Shown here one piece after another: positions 18,956-30,063 of a DNA stretch of 64,000 bases (its first letter is position 1; every line of letters begins with the position of its first letter). The stretch comes from Candidatus Pelearchaeum maunauluense (lineage in GTDB: Archaea > Thermoproteota > Nitrososphaeria_A > Caldarchaeales > Caldarchaeaceae): assembly GCA_030059675.1 (NCBI GenBank), contig JANVYQ010000002.1, positions 64,001-128,000 on the forward strand. Reading direction: 5' to 3'. The position numbers and the translations under genes are program-made. The notes beneath the pieces were generated by a model that was not told the origin of the DNA, searched no databases, and saw nothing but the letters and a program-made list of their open reading frames with translations.

Positions 18956-19364
18956 TCAAAACTATTCTATAGTGTCTTCTACTCTTCGCGGATCTATTCT
19001 TTCTATACCTAAATCATCATAGGTTTTGTTTGTACTTATTATCTTTAGGTTTCGGCTTTTAGCTACTGATGCATGGAATGAGACGAAAACACCATAGCCC
19101 TTAGCTATTAAGGAGAGAGCCTCGTAAGCCTCTTCTGAAGTTGGCTGTAGTATATATATAGATTCTTTAATGTTTTCATTATTTCTTCTACTTTTTCGGG
19201 GCCTATGTCTCTTTTTATGACTATTGCAAGTTCTAAGACGACAATTATGGAGGTCTTGACAGTTATTTTCCCAGTTTTTATCAGCCCTACTACCCTATCT
19301 GCCGCTTCATGCAGCCAGTCCGAGGGATTAAGATAAGCATATCAGCGTCTATGAAGTAATCCAA
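18956..19364 (-). pseudogene. PIN-domain (VapC) toxin, frameshifted
   Basis: YFIDAD..., SDWLHEAA..., FHASVAK...IISTNKTYDDLGIERIDPR. Confidence 0.6.
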
Positions 19365-19367
19365 CCC

Positions 19368-19507
19368 TTAGCCTCCATATATGCAATCATCTCGGCCTTC
19401 CTGTGGAAATCTCTAGTAAGCTCGCTGAGCCCAAGCTCATAAATTAAACTAGCCTTATCCTCTGGAATAGACTCAGGGACCTTCACCGTTATAGTAGTCT
19501 TCTTCAT
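19368..19507 (-). pseudogene. UPF0175-like antitoxin remnant
   Basis: MKKTTITVKVPESI...KASLIYELG; position upstream of the PIN gene. Confidence 0.4.
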
Positions 19508-19642
19508 AACTAGCCTAACTAAAATTAGGCTAAGACATTTAAATATGTTGCTGCCTATCAGCCTTATCTATAGAACATCGTAAACTGGACGACGTTGACA
19601 ACGATTCGCTAAAGCTTATATCTAATAACTTACATCACCTTT

Positions 19643-19894
19643 TTGATGGCCGAAGGTTCTGCGGAAGAGCTGCTTGAGAGAATAACCGTTGATCCTGATA
19701 TATTGGCTGGGAAGCCAGTTATTAAGGGCACTAGGATATCAGTTGAGCTGATCCTAGAGTTACTTGCTAACGGCTGGTCTTTTGAACAAATCCTAGAGAA
19801 TTATCCACAGCTAAGCATGCAGGACATTCGGGCCGCAATAAGGTATGCTGCTGAAGTATTAAAGGGCGAGAGGGTGTACCAAATCCCTGAGTAG
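19643..19894 (+). CDS. DUF433 antitoxin
   Basis: ITVDPDILAGKPVIKGTRISVELILE...YPQLS..DIRAAIRYA. Confidence 0.9.
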   Translation: MMAEGSAEELLERITVDPDILAGKPVIKGTRISVELILELLANGWSFEQILENYPQLSMQDIRAAIRYAAEVLKGERVYQIPE

Positions 19895-20240
19895 GCTAAT
19901 AGCAGACGAAAATATACCAGTAAAGGCCATAGAGATTCTAAAAAGAAAGGGCGTGGATATTATCTCTTTTTCTGAGTTTTCTAAGGGTCTTAAGGACGAA
20001 GGAGTAGTTAAGGTAGCAAATAGGTAAAGAAGGATAATAGTAACGTTTGACAAGGATTTTGGTGAAATAGTAGTTAAGAGGAAATTTAAGATAGAGGGAA
20101 TAATTATATTAAGATTCAAGCCAGAATCTCCCGAAAAAGTAGCTGATAGAATATTGTATTTACTAAGCTCAAGCATAGAGTTGCAGAATTACATGATCAT
20201 AATGCAGCAAAGGCGGATAAGGATAATATCATTAAAGTGA
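19888..20240 (+). pseudogene. DUF5615 (VapC45-like PIN) toxin with internal stop
   Basis: LIADENIP...GLKDEGVV..*.RIIVTFDKDFGE. Confidence 0.7.
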
Positions 20241-20703
20241 AAGCATCTAAACTAAAATAGTAAAAGCCAAGTTGCAATATATCGGAAGAGCTAAGAAAGT
20301 TATATTAGATAGTACACAAATATAAGAAATAAGGCACTTTAGCAAATAACACCTGGCGGATGTTGATTACGACAACTAGTCATACTCTGATTAAATACAC
20401 TCACTCAATATATTTCTTTAGTGTCTTTGCCCTATTATCGTTATTCTTATTAAGTTCTCTCTATTGTCTGATTCTTATTATTGCTCTTCCCTGATGCTTT
20501 ATGCTACTATCTATCTGCTTAAATGGCCTTACTAAATTGTAACAATTTACCTGCCCTAAAGATATCACAAGAGATTAGTGTATATAGAAACTAAGTCTTT
20601 AATGGGTTGTTGTAAGAGGGATTGAGGTTATTCATGGGTTCGTTTTTGCTAAGGGGTAAACGCTTATATTGTGGGTATTTTCTTGTTTTGTGGGTATAGC
20701 TTT

Positions 20704-20952
20704 ATGAGTGTGGTTAGCATTGATGAGCGTGGGCGGATTACTCTCCCTAGGGATATTAGGGAGATGGGTGATAGGGCTGTTGTTATTTCTGCTGGGAGTT
20801 TTGCGGTTGTTATTCCCATTCCTAAGAAGCCTGAAAAGATTGCGGGTGGCTGGCTTAAGTCTAGGAGAGGTAGGAAGGAACTCGGGTTGTTGGCTGAGGA
20901 GAAGGCTAGGGGCGACGCCGTCGCGAGAACTAGAATGAGAAAGCAACTATGA
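20704..20952 (+). CDS. AbrB/VapB antitoxin
   Basis: MSVVSIDERGRITLPRDIRE. Confidence 0.8.
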   Translation: MSVVSIDERGRITLPRDIREMGDRAVVISAGSFAVVIPIPKKPEKIAGGWLKSRRGRKELGLLAEEKARGDAVARTRMRKQL

Positions 20953-21365
20953 TTATTGAGAGCGATGTTATATATGAGTATGTTAAGGCTAGCGACTGGC
21001 TAAAACCAGTGGCTAATAAGCTAATATCCAGAATAGCACGAGGCGAGTTTGGTACTGTGTATTCAAGTAGAGAGATTCTCCACGAGCTATATTATGTCTC
21101 GATGGAGGAGGGCGTATCCCTTAAGGAATTTATAAGAAGGGCGGCGACAATAACAGCAATACCAAACCTCTCACTACTACCTACAACATATGAAATAGAC
21201 CTCCTGGTCCTAACCCTCATGCAGCAATACAAACTCAGCTCAATATTTGACGCATACTATGCTGCTACATGACTAAACATGATAGAAGACAAGACAATGA
21301 TATCAACAGACGAGGAATATGACAAGATAGCAGGCATAAGGAGAATAGATCCACGAGATATTTAA
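20949..21365 (+). pseudogene. VapC PIN toxin with in-frame TGA at 21270
   Basis: MIIESDV...FDAYYAAT*LNMIEDKTMISTDEEYDKIAGIRRIDPR. Confidence 0.75.
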
Positions 21366-22269
21366 CGCTCACATCAAAAATAGCTATCTAATGAAGCTCC
21401 AGTATCAAGAAATGCCCTTATGTCCTTCCCATGTTTTGTTTTAATCTTTATTCTACAGTAGACTGTTCAAGCTTGTTTTTTCTCAGTTTAGTGTTTGTTT
21501 TGTGAGGAGATTGTGTAAGATTTGGAGGTCGTTTTTAGATATTTTTCTATGCATTTTACTAGTTGTTTGCTGATGTGTTTTCTTCGTAGTTTTTCTAGTA
21601 GAGGTATTGGGTGTACGTTGAGAAAACGATGTTGTATCCTTCTTATTTTATTGATTTGATCTTCATTTTTGGCTAAAGCTACTGTTTCTTCGTCGTTTAG
21701 GAGCTGTATCATAAAAGCCAGCATGGTTATTATGTGATCTGGTTTTCTGATTCGTGTTCGTATCCTGCGTTTCTGTAGAACTCGTTTATTGTCATGGGGT
21801 AGAGCCTCCTTGCTGCTGGGTCTAAGTCTTTTCTCACATATCTACCTAGTATGTTTGGAATTTCTTCATATGCGTTATCTTTTATTTTCTCTGGTTCGAT
21901 GTCGCATCCAAGTTCTTTAATCCTTTCCAAAACTACGATAATATTAGGGTCTTTCTTTTCAAGAAGTTTGAATAATGAATGTAAAGTTCTGTAAAATGTT
22001 TGTCGTGTTCTGGTCGTTTCATATTATTCATGCTGTCTTCATTGATGTGAAGGATAAAATATAAAGGAATGAGAAAGTTTACCATATTACCTGCGGAACT
22101 TCTAGTTTCTTTTTCCCCCGTCGGTCTCATCTTCGCTGGTGCTATGAAATACGCCTGTGCTGCTCCATAAGTAATGGAAGCGGTCGCGCTTAATTGTTGG
22201 TATGTTTGCCATGCTTTGTGAGAGGGTTAATTAATTATTTAAATAAATTGGGAGAGGGTGTTAAGATTT

Positions 22270-23088
22270 TTAGCATCGGCGTAGTAGTATTCCTACCGTT
22301 ATAGCCGCTATCATTATAGCTATGATTGATACTGTGGCTATCGTTATTATATCCGTGGGCGGATAGGGTTCTGTGCGTAATGTTTCGGTGGCTTTCTTCT
22401 CAAATACAGTTGTCGTAGTTGGTTTTGTTTCTTCAGCCCCTTCCTCTACCGTGGTTGTTATAATGATTGTTGATGTGATTATCTTCTCTTGCTCTGTGAA
22501 TATGCTGGTTATAGTTGTAGGCTCAACGAACATCGTAGTATATGTCGTGCCCTGTTCTGTTGTGGTGTATTTGTTGGTTGTTCCCTTGATTGTCGTGGTT
22601 TTTGTCGTTGGTGGGAATAGTGTGGTTGTCTCAATAGGTGGTAAAGTTATTGTGAATTCTGTTCCTTGGATGAAAATGGTAGTTCCTGGGAACCCCGCAG
22701 CGAAAATCACCGTAGCTGGGACATTCTCTATAATGAAGGTGTTTTCAACAGTAACTACCACGTCGCTGCATTCTTTAATCATCTCGGCATAAACGGGGAG
22801 AGGAACAGAGTACGTGGTTGTCAATCCAGGCATGGAAACTACCGTCTCAAATGCATAATCCTCAAAATCTATACCAGTCGTTGTTGTGGTGTAGCCTTTT
22901 TCAGTTGCTATTACCTTAGTAACCAGGGTTTGTTCATCCAAGACTGTTGAGAACATGAATGTGGTGCCTGGGAAGGTTATGGTGGTTTCTGGCACTTTTA
23001 TAACTTGCGTCTGCCCCGCTGGCGGCTCCAAGGGGGTTACTCTCACTATGCATACTTGGTCTCCTCTTTTCTCTACAATTATCTTCAC
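22270..23088 (-). CDS. Thr-rich, C-terminally anchored surface protein (5' part probably frameshifted)
   Basis: Poly-Thr tracts; C-terminal TM followed by RR. Confidence 0.65.
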   Translation of the reverse strand: MKIIVEKRGDQVCIVRVTPLEPPAGQTQVIKVPETTITFPGTTFMFSTVLDEQTLVTKVIATEKGYTTTTTGIDFEDYAFETVVSMPGLTTTYSVPLPVYAEMIKECSDVVVTVENTFIIENVPATVIFAAGFPGTTIFIQGTEFTITLPPIETTTLFPPTTKTTTIKGTTNKYTTTEQGTTYTTMFVEPTTITSIFTEQEKIITSTIIITTTVEEGAEETKPTTTTVFEKKATETLRTEPYPPTDIITIATVSIIAIMIAAITVGILLRRC

Positions 23089-23361
23089 TAGCCTGGGTAC
23101 TGTACTGTGATTTCGCCAACTCCGCCGCCTACTTCTATGACGGCTGTATAGACCTTTCTAGGTATTGTGACGAGCGTCGTCTTCGTTGTTGTTATTGTTC
23201 TCGCGCCCAACGCAACAGCTGTTAAGCCCAAAACAATAATCAATAATAAGACCAGGGCTCCGCACGTATGTTTGGTGTTTTGCGCTGATGAAGAAGTTTA
23301 AGCTTCTTTGCGTGTGTTGGTGGGGTTTGTAGTTAAGCTTTTTAGTAAATGAAATTAAAAG

Positions 23362-25857
23362 TTGGAGAGAAGTGCGATGAAGTTAAGCATCCAAGCTGTG
23401 GGTGAGTATTCTGAGCTTTTCGGTGATAGGGTTGTTAATGGTAAGCGGGTTAATGTTGAGCAGCTTATAGCCGAGCTTAGTGAGGAGCTTCGGCCTGAGA
23501 TTGACAGGGCTCTGGACGCCAGGCGGCGTTGGCTTGAGTCTAGGTCATCCATCCGCGAGAAAGGCGCTTTCCCAGACTGGGATGAGAAATTCACAGACGC
23601 GGATGGGAATACGCGCACGTTTCGCGAGATTGTTCAGGGGATGATTGATAATTTCCTTGGTAGGGATACGCCTCTCCGATGGCGGCTCAACGATAACGTG
23701 CCTGTGCCCAGCGACGCCCATCCGACCAAGAACCCTGGCCTGGAGATTACTGGTCCTTGGCATCCGTTGAGCAGGGCTATACACCAGATAAACGCGGACG
23801 TTGCGGTGGCTTTTGAGGATGAGGAGGACGCTTCTCCCGCGTGGTATGTTCCTTTCGGTTTTCCAGATAAGTTGCCCGCTGTTTGGCAGGCTAGGAGGAA
23901 CGTTAAGCTTGTTCTGGCTGGTGAGGTGCCTACCCCCCACTATGAGAAGGGGAAGGTCTATCGTATTGAGAAGCCGCGCGGGAGGTGGCCTACCGTCTTC
24001 CATAGAATACCTGGAATCCATCTCCTTGATTTCCAGGTGTTGATGGATGGTAAGCCCGTGCCTGCCATAGTGGTCTCAGTAGTAATCTACGTCCTCAACA
24101 ACTACGAGTCTCTCAGACGCGCTGGCTCAGGCGTTTACTTCTACGTCCCCAAGGTGCAGACACCTGAGGAGGCCTTGATTGTGGAGAAGCTCCTACGCCG
24201 CGTTGAGGAGAAGCTGGGGCTGAGGTATGGGGCGATTAAGATAGCCATGCTCTATGAAGAAGGGAATGCGGGTAGGTTCCTGCCTGTAATACTCTGGATA
24301 TGGCGCGAACGTCTCATAAAGTCTAGCAATGGTCGTTGGGATTATCTGGGTAGCCTTATTGAGATGTGGAAGGATGAGGCTGTCTTTCCAGACCCGCAGA
24401 CTGTTACGATGACCTCGCCCAACATGATGGCTTACCAGCGGTATAATGCTCTCATGATGCTGATGGCTGGGGTTGGCGACGGCGACCTTAACGCAGCGCC
24501 AGTAGGAGGCATGGCCGCGGTCATGCTCTACCCACAGACCGACCCGTACGGCCGCTTCAAATACAACCTAAAAGCGCTACGCGACATAAAGCTGGACAAG
24601 CTGAGGGAAAGGCTCATAGGGCTTATCTTCGTCCCAGACGAACCCATACCGCGGGATAGGGAGATAACGCTTGAAGATATTCTGGCTGGCAGGGTTAAGG
24701 GCAGGCTGTTTGATGTCTTTAGACAGAGCTGGGTTGCTACGAAGGAAGAGGCTTACGTAGCAGCTGGTAATGAGCCGCTGAGAGCAGAGTTGAAGGACTT
24801 GCAGGCTATCATAGATGCTGAGATAGAAACTGTGGAGGTTGGTGGTAAGAAGCTCCCCACCGTAAGGAGTGGATTGACGCCAGACGAGAGGAAGAGGCTA
24901 CAGAACTTGGGGCTCCTCAACAAAGATGGTAAGATAACTCCATGGGTTATCCAGCGCGATAAGATAGACACGCCTGAAAAGCTCTTTTCCGAGGAGGTTT
25001 GGGGAGGGAAAGACCTCTGGCACAGCCTATACGACATCCCGCCTGGAGACATTACGGCTGAGCATGTGCAGCACGCCTTCTACATGGCTGCCAACTACGG
25101 CTTCCAGCTGCTCAACGGAAACCTGGCGGCGGCCATAGATGATTACGAGCTTAACCAGCGTTTCATGAACGACCTAGCCACGTATCGCATCTTCGTCTCA
25201 TGGCTCTGGACGGTCATACGCCACCAAGCCACAATAACAAAGGACGGGTATCTCAAGAAGCCAGCCCTAACGGAGAACGGCGTAATACCAGCGGTTAACG
25301 ACATCCACATCAAGGCTGGTACGCGATTCACGGCAGAGCTCTTTGAGAAGCTTTGGGAGCTCCACTATGAGTGGACACGCGAGTTCTACGCTGAGCAGGA
25401 TAGGAGGGTTGCCTCGCGTATTGTGGGGCGGCTCGCAAAGGGTGGTGATGGTGGTGAGCTTGTCAAGAAAGTAGTAGAGGTTCTCTCTCGCGCGTATGGC
25501 TCTGGCCCGTTCAGGGAGCTCTCAGCCGAGGATGCTGCGCACCAAATAGCCCAGCTACTGGGGGCAAAGCCTGAGGATGTGTTGGAAGAGGTTAAGCAGG
25601 GAGCGCCCCGCTTTGACCGTGCATTCGCTCCAGTGATAATGGACATACTAAAACGCCAGCTCACAGCACCACGCTACATACAGCACAGCGCGAGAATACT
25701 ATTCGTGGCAGCAGAAGCCGATAACCAGAAGAGAGAAAAGATACTAGAAGCGGTCTTCAGCCCCTCGCGCGAGGAAGTGGTAAAGAAGGTTCAGGAAGGC
25801 AAGCTGGACGAATCAATCCTAAAGATACACGACTACATATACGACTACCGCAGCTAA
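23362..25857 (+). CDS. Malate synthase (archaeal long form)
   Basis: LEITGP, FEDEEDA, YFYVPK, SNGRWDYLGS, PVGGMAA, MNDLATYRI. Confidence 0.85.
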   Translation: MERSAMKLSIQAVGEYSELFGDRVVNGKRVNVEQLIAELSEELRPEIDRALDARRRWLESRSSIREKGAFPDWDEKFTDADGNTRTFREIVQGMIDNFLGRDTPLRWRLNDNVPVPSDAHPTKNPGLEITGPWHPLSRAIHQINADVAVAFEDEEDASPAWYVPFGFPDKLPAVWQARRNVKLVLAGEVPTPHYEKGKVYRIEKPRGRWPTVFHRIPGIHLLDFQVLMDGKPVPAIVVSVVIYVLNNYESLRRAGSGVYFYVPKVQTPEEALIVEKLLRRVEEKLGLRYGAIKIAMLYEEGNAGRFLPVILWIWRERLIKSSNGRWDYLGSLIEMWKDEAVFPDPQTVTMTSPNMMAYQRYNALMMLMAGVGDGDLNAAPVGGMAAVMLYPQTDPYGRFKYNLKALRDIKLDKLRERLIGLIFVPDEPIPRDREITLEDILAGRVKGRLFDVFRQSWVATKEEAYVAAGNEPLRAELKDLQAIIDAEIETVEVGGKKLPTVRSGLTPDERKRLQNLGLLNKDGKITPWVIQRDKIDTPEKLFSEEVWGGKDLWHSLYDIPPGDITAEHVQHAFYMAANYGFQLLNGNLAAAIDDYELNQRFMNDLATYRIFVSWLWTVIRHQATITKDGYLKKPALTENGVIPAVNDIHIKAGTRFTAELFEKLWELHYEWTREFYAEQDRRVASRIVGRLAKGGDGGELVKKVVEVLSRAYGSGPFRELSAEDAAHQIAQLLGAKPEDVLEEVKQGAPRFDRAFAPVIMDILKRQLTAPRYIQHSARILFVAAEADNQKREKILEAVFSPSREEVVKKVQEGKLDESILKIHDYIYDYRS

Positions 25858-25903
25858 CAACTTATATGTTGAAATAATGCTTAACGTTGTTTTATGAATA
25901 ATT

Positions 25904-26469
25904 ATGTGTGGCGTAGCGTGGATTAATGTTATTGATGAGGACGCTGCTGATGAGCGTTTGCGTGTTGTTTTTGAGCATGTACGCCGCGAGCGTGGTAGGC
26001 TCTCCAACGTCTTTAGGGCGCATAGCCTAAACCCAGAAGCCCTAGATGCGCATCTAACGCTTTACATGACGTTGATGTTCGGCGAGTCTGGTCTCAGCAG
26101 GGCAGAGAGGGAGCTCATAGCATCTGTCGTCTCGGCAACCAACCGCTGCCTCTACTGCACGACGCACCACCGCGAGATGCTCGTCAAATACGTGAGGAGC
26201 GAGGAGACTGTTCGGGAGATTCTGGAGAGGTTTGAAGAAGCCAGAGTAAGTGAGAGGGAGAGGGCGCTCATAAGGTTTGTCAGGAAGCTCACGCAGAGCC
26301 CGAGCAGCATGAGCAGCGAGGATGTGGAGATGCTCAGAAAACTGGGTACGACGATAGGGCGATACTGGACACTGTGCTGGTGGCTACGTACTTCAACTTC
26401 GTGAATAGAATAGTCCTGGGTCTTGGGGTGAGGCTTGAAGAGAGGGAGGAAAGGTCATACAAGAGCTGA
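25904..26469 (+). CDS. AhpD/CMD-like peroxidase-related enzyme (1-nt frameshift near 26346)
   Basis: ERELIASVVSATNRCLYCTTHH; YFNFVNRIVLGLGV in the shifted frame. Confidence 0.75.
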
Positions 26470-26554
26470 CAAATGACGCCTCTACAGTCAAGCCGCTTGA
26501 CTGTAGAGCTGACAAAAGCAGCCATATATCCAAGCCTGGGCTACAACCTACGGG

Positions 26555-27505
26555 ATGGGCTGCCGTGTTCTCATAACAGGCTGCTCAGGCTACCTCGCCA
26601 GCGTTTTGATAGAGCAATGCGTCGGAGACCCTGACTTTGAGTGGGTGGGAGGAATAGATATGCGCGAACCCCGCTCAAAGCATGGCTGGTCTTTCCACAT
26701 GCTAGATGTCCGCGATAAGGCTTTAGCAGACATCATACGCGAGAACAAGGTAGATACCCTAGTACACCTGGCCTGGATATTCAACCCAACACACGACCCG
26801 GAGCTGGAGTACTCCGTTGATGTGGAAGGTAGTAAAAACGTCTTGGAAGCCTGCCGCTCCGCTGGTGTATCATACATACTATACCTGAGCAGCACAACAG
26901 CATACGGGGCTCACCCAGATAATCCGCAGGAGATGGATGAGGAGCATCCCAGGAGAGGTCATCCGAAGTTCCTCTACTCAAAACACAAAGCGATAGTTGA
27001 TGAGCTATTCCTGGACTTCATACGCGAGAATCCTGGAATAAAGGTCTGCATGTATAGAGCGCCCATCGTGCTGGGCCCTAATACTAGGAACTTCGTAACT
27101 GACATAGCTGGTATGCGCTTCATGTTTGGTGTAAGCGGATATGACCCGCCTATGCAGTTTATGCACGAAGACGACATGGCTGGGCTTCTCTACTGGTCGT
27201 TGAAGAATAGGCCTGTTGGTGTGTATAACGTGTCTAGCACTGGTGTTATGCGCTATTCAGAGGTGGCGCGTCTATTGGGGAAGCGCTTAATGAGGCTCCC
27301 AGCATGGCTAATCTACCCGCTCACAAGCCTGGGCTGGAGTCTTAGGCTATTATCATTTCCGCCAGCGGTTCTGGACTTCATCCGCTACCCATGGGTTGCC
27401 AAGACCGAGAAATTCACATCACAATATCCTTCTGTCATAAAGCACAGCTCCGAGGAAGCAGTCCGCGACTTTGCAAAAGCTAGATGGCCTGAAAAATTTT
27501 CATAG
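26555..27505 (+). CDS. NAD-dependent epimerase/dehydratase (extended SDR)
   Basis: ITGCSGYLA, SSTTAYG, YSKHK. Confidence 0.85.
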   Translation: MGCRVLITGCSGYLASVLIEQCVGDPDFEWVGGIDMREPRSKHGWSFHMLDVRDKALADIIRENKVDTLVHLAWIFNPTHDPELEYSVDVEGSKNVLEACRSAGVSYILYLSSTTAYGAHPDNPQEMDEEHPRRGHPKFLYSKHKAIVDELFLDFIRENPGIKVCMYRAPIVLGPNTRNFVTDIAGMRFMFGVSGYDPPMQFMHEDDMAGLLYWSLKNRPVGVYNVSSTGVMRYSEVARLLGKRLMRLPAWLIYPLTSLGWSLRLLSFPPAVLDFIRYPWVAKTEKFTSQYPSVIKHSSEEAVRDFAKARWPEKFS

Positions 27506-27526
27506 TTTTATGCATCAAGGATTATC

Positions 27527-29188
27527 ATGCGTTTATTGGCTGTCATCGTACTTGCTGCTCTCCTCTCACCCTACCTAGCGCTTGGATACTTTATCATCAG
27601 CGTTGAGGAGCCCTGGTGGAGCCGTGAGGTAACTTCTATAGAGTCTCCTCCCAAGCCTGCTGGGTGGAGGGTTCTAACAGTCTCGCGCGACGGCGAGTTC
27701 TCCAGCATAAGCGATGCCGTTGATGCTGCCAGGCCTGGGGATAGGATAGTGATACAGCCAGGAATCTACCGCGAGTCAGTCATAGTTGAGAACAAGCCCT
27801 GGATAGTGATAGAGGGCGTGTCGCGTGATGACGTTATCCTAGAGGGCGGGAACAGGCTGGGTAATGGGATATACGTGGTCTTCTCACCACACATAACCAT
27901 AGCCAACCTAACGGTTCAAAACTACCTTGGCAACGGAATCTTCTACGTCAATTCCGACTATTTCATGGTCTTCAACGTGAAGGCGCTGAATAACCGTGTG
28001 TATGGTGTTAATTTCTTGGCCAGTGAGAAGGGTATCGTATCCAACGTTATTGCAGCTGGTAGTGGGGATTCGGGAATATACGTTGGTGAGGTTACCGAGG
28101 ACTGTGAGTGCGTCGTAGAATATTCGGAGGTGTATAACAATACTCTGGGATACAGCGGCACCCGCGCTAATGGCGTTACGATACGATACTCCAAGTTCTA
28201 TGGCAACGCTGTAGGCATAGCGCCCAACACGCTGATGCCCGACCTCCGTCTCCTCCTCACCGGGAGGTGGCCGCTCCTAGTCTGGGCGTCAAACAACGTG
28301 ATTGAGCACAACATAATAGAGAACAATAACAATAGGTGGATTGAGGCGGCTGGCTTCGCCGAGAGTTATGGCGTCCCAGTTGGGGTTGGGATAGCCCTCA
28401 TAGGCTCGCACTCCAACGTGATTCGCAACAACACCATACGCGGCCATGAGCGCTGGGGGATTGCCGAGTGGTATTTCCTAGTACCGCCAATAGGTAATAG
28501 ATTCTCGTCCAACATCTTCTCAGGCAACGGCGCAGACTACTGGCGCGATGGCTGGGGCTTCTGGGGGTGTAGCGAGCTTGAGAGCGCCTCTGGAGATGTC
28601 CCGCCAGCGTGTAGCCTGCCGCCAGCTCTTCGCGTAAGCCTGCCAAACCCCTTGAAGCATGTTGAGTTGCTAACAAACCTAGAGATTCCCAGCGCTTCCG
28701 TCGTTGCTGCCCTAGCCCTTGGCGTCGGCGGGGCTTATGCAGCAAAACGCTCTACTGGAGCTGGGGCACCTAGGGGGAGAAGAATATCCGCCGCCATAGT
28801 TGATGCGCTGGTAGCTGGAGACATCTACCTAGCCCTCGCGGCAGCGCTCATGGTGGGTGGCTTCGGCATAACCGACCCCAGAAGCCTGGTCGACGCTGTC
28901 CTCTCCCTAACGCTACTACTGCTCCCGCTGGCTTATTTCCTCTGGGCCACAAGCTGGGTAATCTACGGAGTGTTGCTTGAGACACTCACAGGAGCGACGC
29001 TGGGAAAACGGCTCTTCAAACTACAGACTGAAGCCCAGCACCGCCCACGGAGAGCGCTAATACTGGTCAAGAACATAGCCAGGTACGTGGATATACTACT
29101 CTTCGGGCTAGTGGGGGTTATACTACTGCTCACACTAAGACGGTCATTCGGCGAGCTGGTTTCTGGAACTAGGGTTGTTGAGAGATGA
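27527..29188 (+). CDS. Right-handed beta-helix (NosD-like) protein fused to an RDD domain
   Basis: SISDAVDAARPGDRIVIQPGIYRE; Asn/Gly repeats; RRISAAIVDAL...GATLGKRLFKL. Confidence 0.7.
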   Translation: MRLLAVIVLAALLSPYLALGYFIISVEEPWWSREVTSIESPPKPAGWRVLTVSRDGEFSSISDAVDAARPGDRIVIQPGIYRESVIVENKPWIVIEGVSRDDVILEGGNRLGNGIYVVFSPHITIANLTVQNYLGNGIFYVNSDYFMVFNVKALNNRVYGVNFLASEKGIVSNVIAAGSGDSGIYVGEVTEDCECVVEYSEVYNNTLGYSGTRANGVTIRYSKFYGNAVGIAPNTLMPDLRLLLTGRWPLLVWASNNVIEHNIIENNNNRWIEAAGFAESYGVPVGVGIALIGSHSNVIRNNTIRGHERWGIAEWYFLVPPIGNRFSSNIFSGNGADYWRDGWGFWGCSELESASGDVPPACSLPPALRVSLPNPLKHVELLTNLEIPSASVVAALALGVGGAYAAKRSTGAGAPRGRRISAAIVDALVAGDIYLALAAALMVGGFGITDPRSLVDAVLSLTLLLLPLAYFLWATSWVIYGVLLETLTGATLGKRLFKLQTEAQHRPRRALILVKNIARYVDILLFGLVGVILLLTLRRSFGELVSGTRVVER

Positions 29189-29556
29189 GGCTGGGTATAG
29201 CGCTCCCAGCCATAATTGCGGCAGTACTAGTAGCGGCTGCGTTACTCGCTATGGCAGAGACGCAGAAAAGCGGGATGGTGGTGGTAACTATACCTAGAGG
29301 AGTAGCGCATCTCCCATACATAGCAAACTACTGGCCACCCACGATAAAGGTCGTGATAGGAATAAACAACTCCGTCAAATGGATTAACATGGACGACCAC
29401 ATGCACACAGTAACAAGCGATAACTGGAGCTTTCATTCAGGAGAGCTCAACCTATATGATTCATTCATCTACACATTCACAAAGCCTGGAGTATATGGCT
29501 ACTCGTGCATGCCCCACCCATGGATGCGCGGCTATGTTGAGGTAAGGGAGGCGTGA
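29185..29556 (+). CDS. Plastocyanin/amicyanin-like cupredoxin
   Basis: HTVTS...YSCMPHPWM. Confidence 0.85.
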   Translation: MRLGIALPAIIAAVLVAAALLAMAETQKSGMVVVTIPRGVAHLPYIANYWPPTIKVVIGINNSVKWINMDDHMHTVTSDNWSFHSGELNLYDSFIYTFTKPGVYGYSCMPHPWMRGYVEVREA

Positions 29557-29966
29557 GAAACAGCTTGAAACGCTTAGCCATTCTCGTCATAGCTTTAGCA
29601 GTAATTATATTGTCCGTCTATACCTTCGTGCTGAACGCTGGGCAGGGTGGAAAGGAGCATGTCGTAATAATTCCATCGGGGGCTTTCATACCGCCTGAAG
29701 GCTGGAAGAAGGGGGAGAGAGTCTATGACGATAGGTACTTCTCGCCCAATACCCTAGAGATAAATGTGGGCGACTACGTTAGGTGGATAAACCGCGACTC
29801 TGTAACCCACACGGTAACTAGTGAAAAAACGCCAGTAGGGGGAAGTGGTTTTGACTCTGTTCTAAGCCCTGGAAAATCCTTCCGAACAAGATTTACAAAA
29901 GCTGGAGAGTACGACTATTACTGTACAATACATCCATGGCAGGGTGGAAGGGTAATAGTTTCATAG
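29553..29966 (+). CDS. Cupredoxin with Gln axial ligand
   Basis: HTVTS...YYCTIHPWQ. Confidence 0.8.
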   Translation: MRNSLKRLAILVIALAVIILSVYTFVLNAGQGGKEHVVIIPSGAFIPPEGWKKGERVYDDRYFSPNTLEINVGDYVRWINRDSVTHTVTSEKTPVGGSGFDSVLSPGKSFRTRFTKAGEYDYYCTIHPWQGGRVIVS

Positions 29967-30063
29967 CTGGTGGGGAAGGAGCCTAGGATGTTGTTTTCTT
30001 TTTATGCATTTTGAAGACGCAGTTATCGTCTCCAGTGTTTATGCATTTTACCTCTATAGCATC

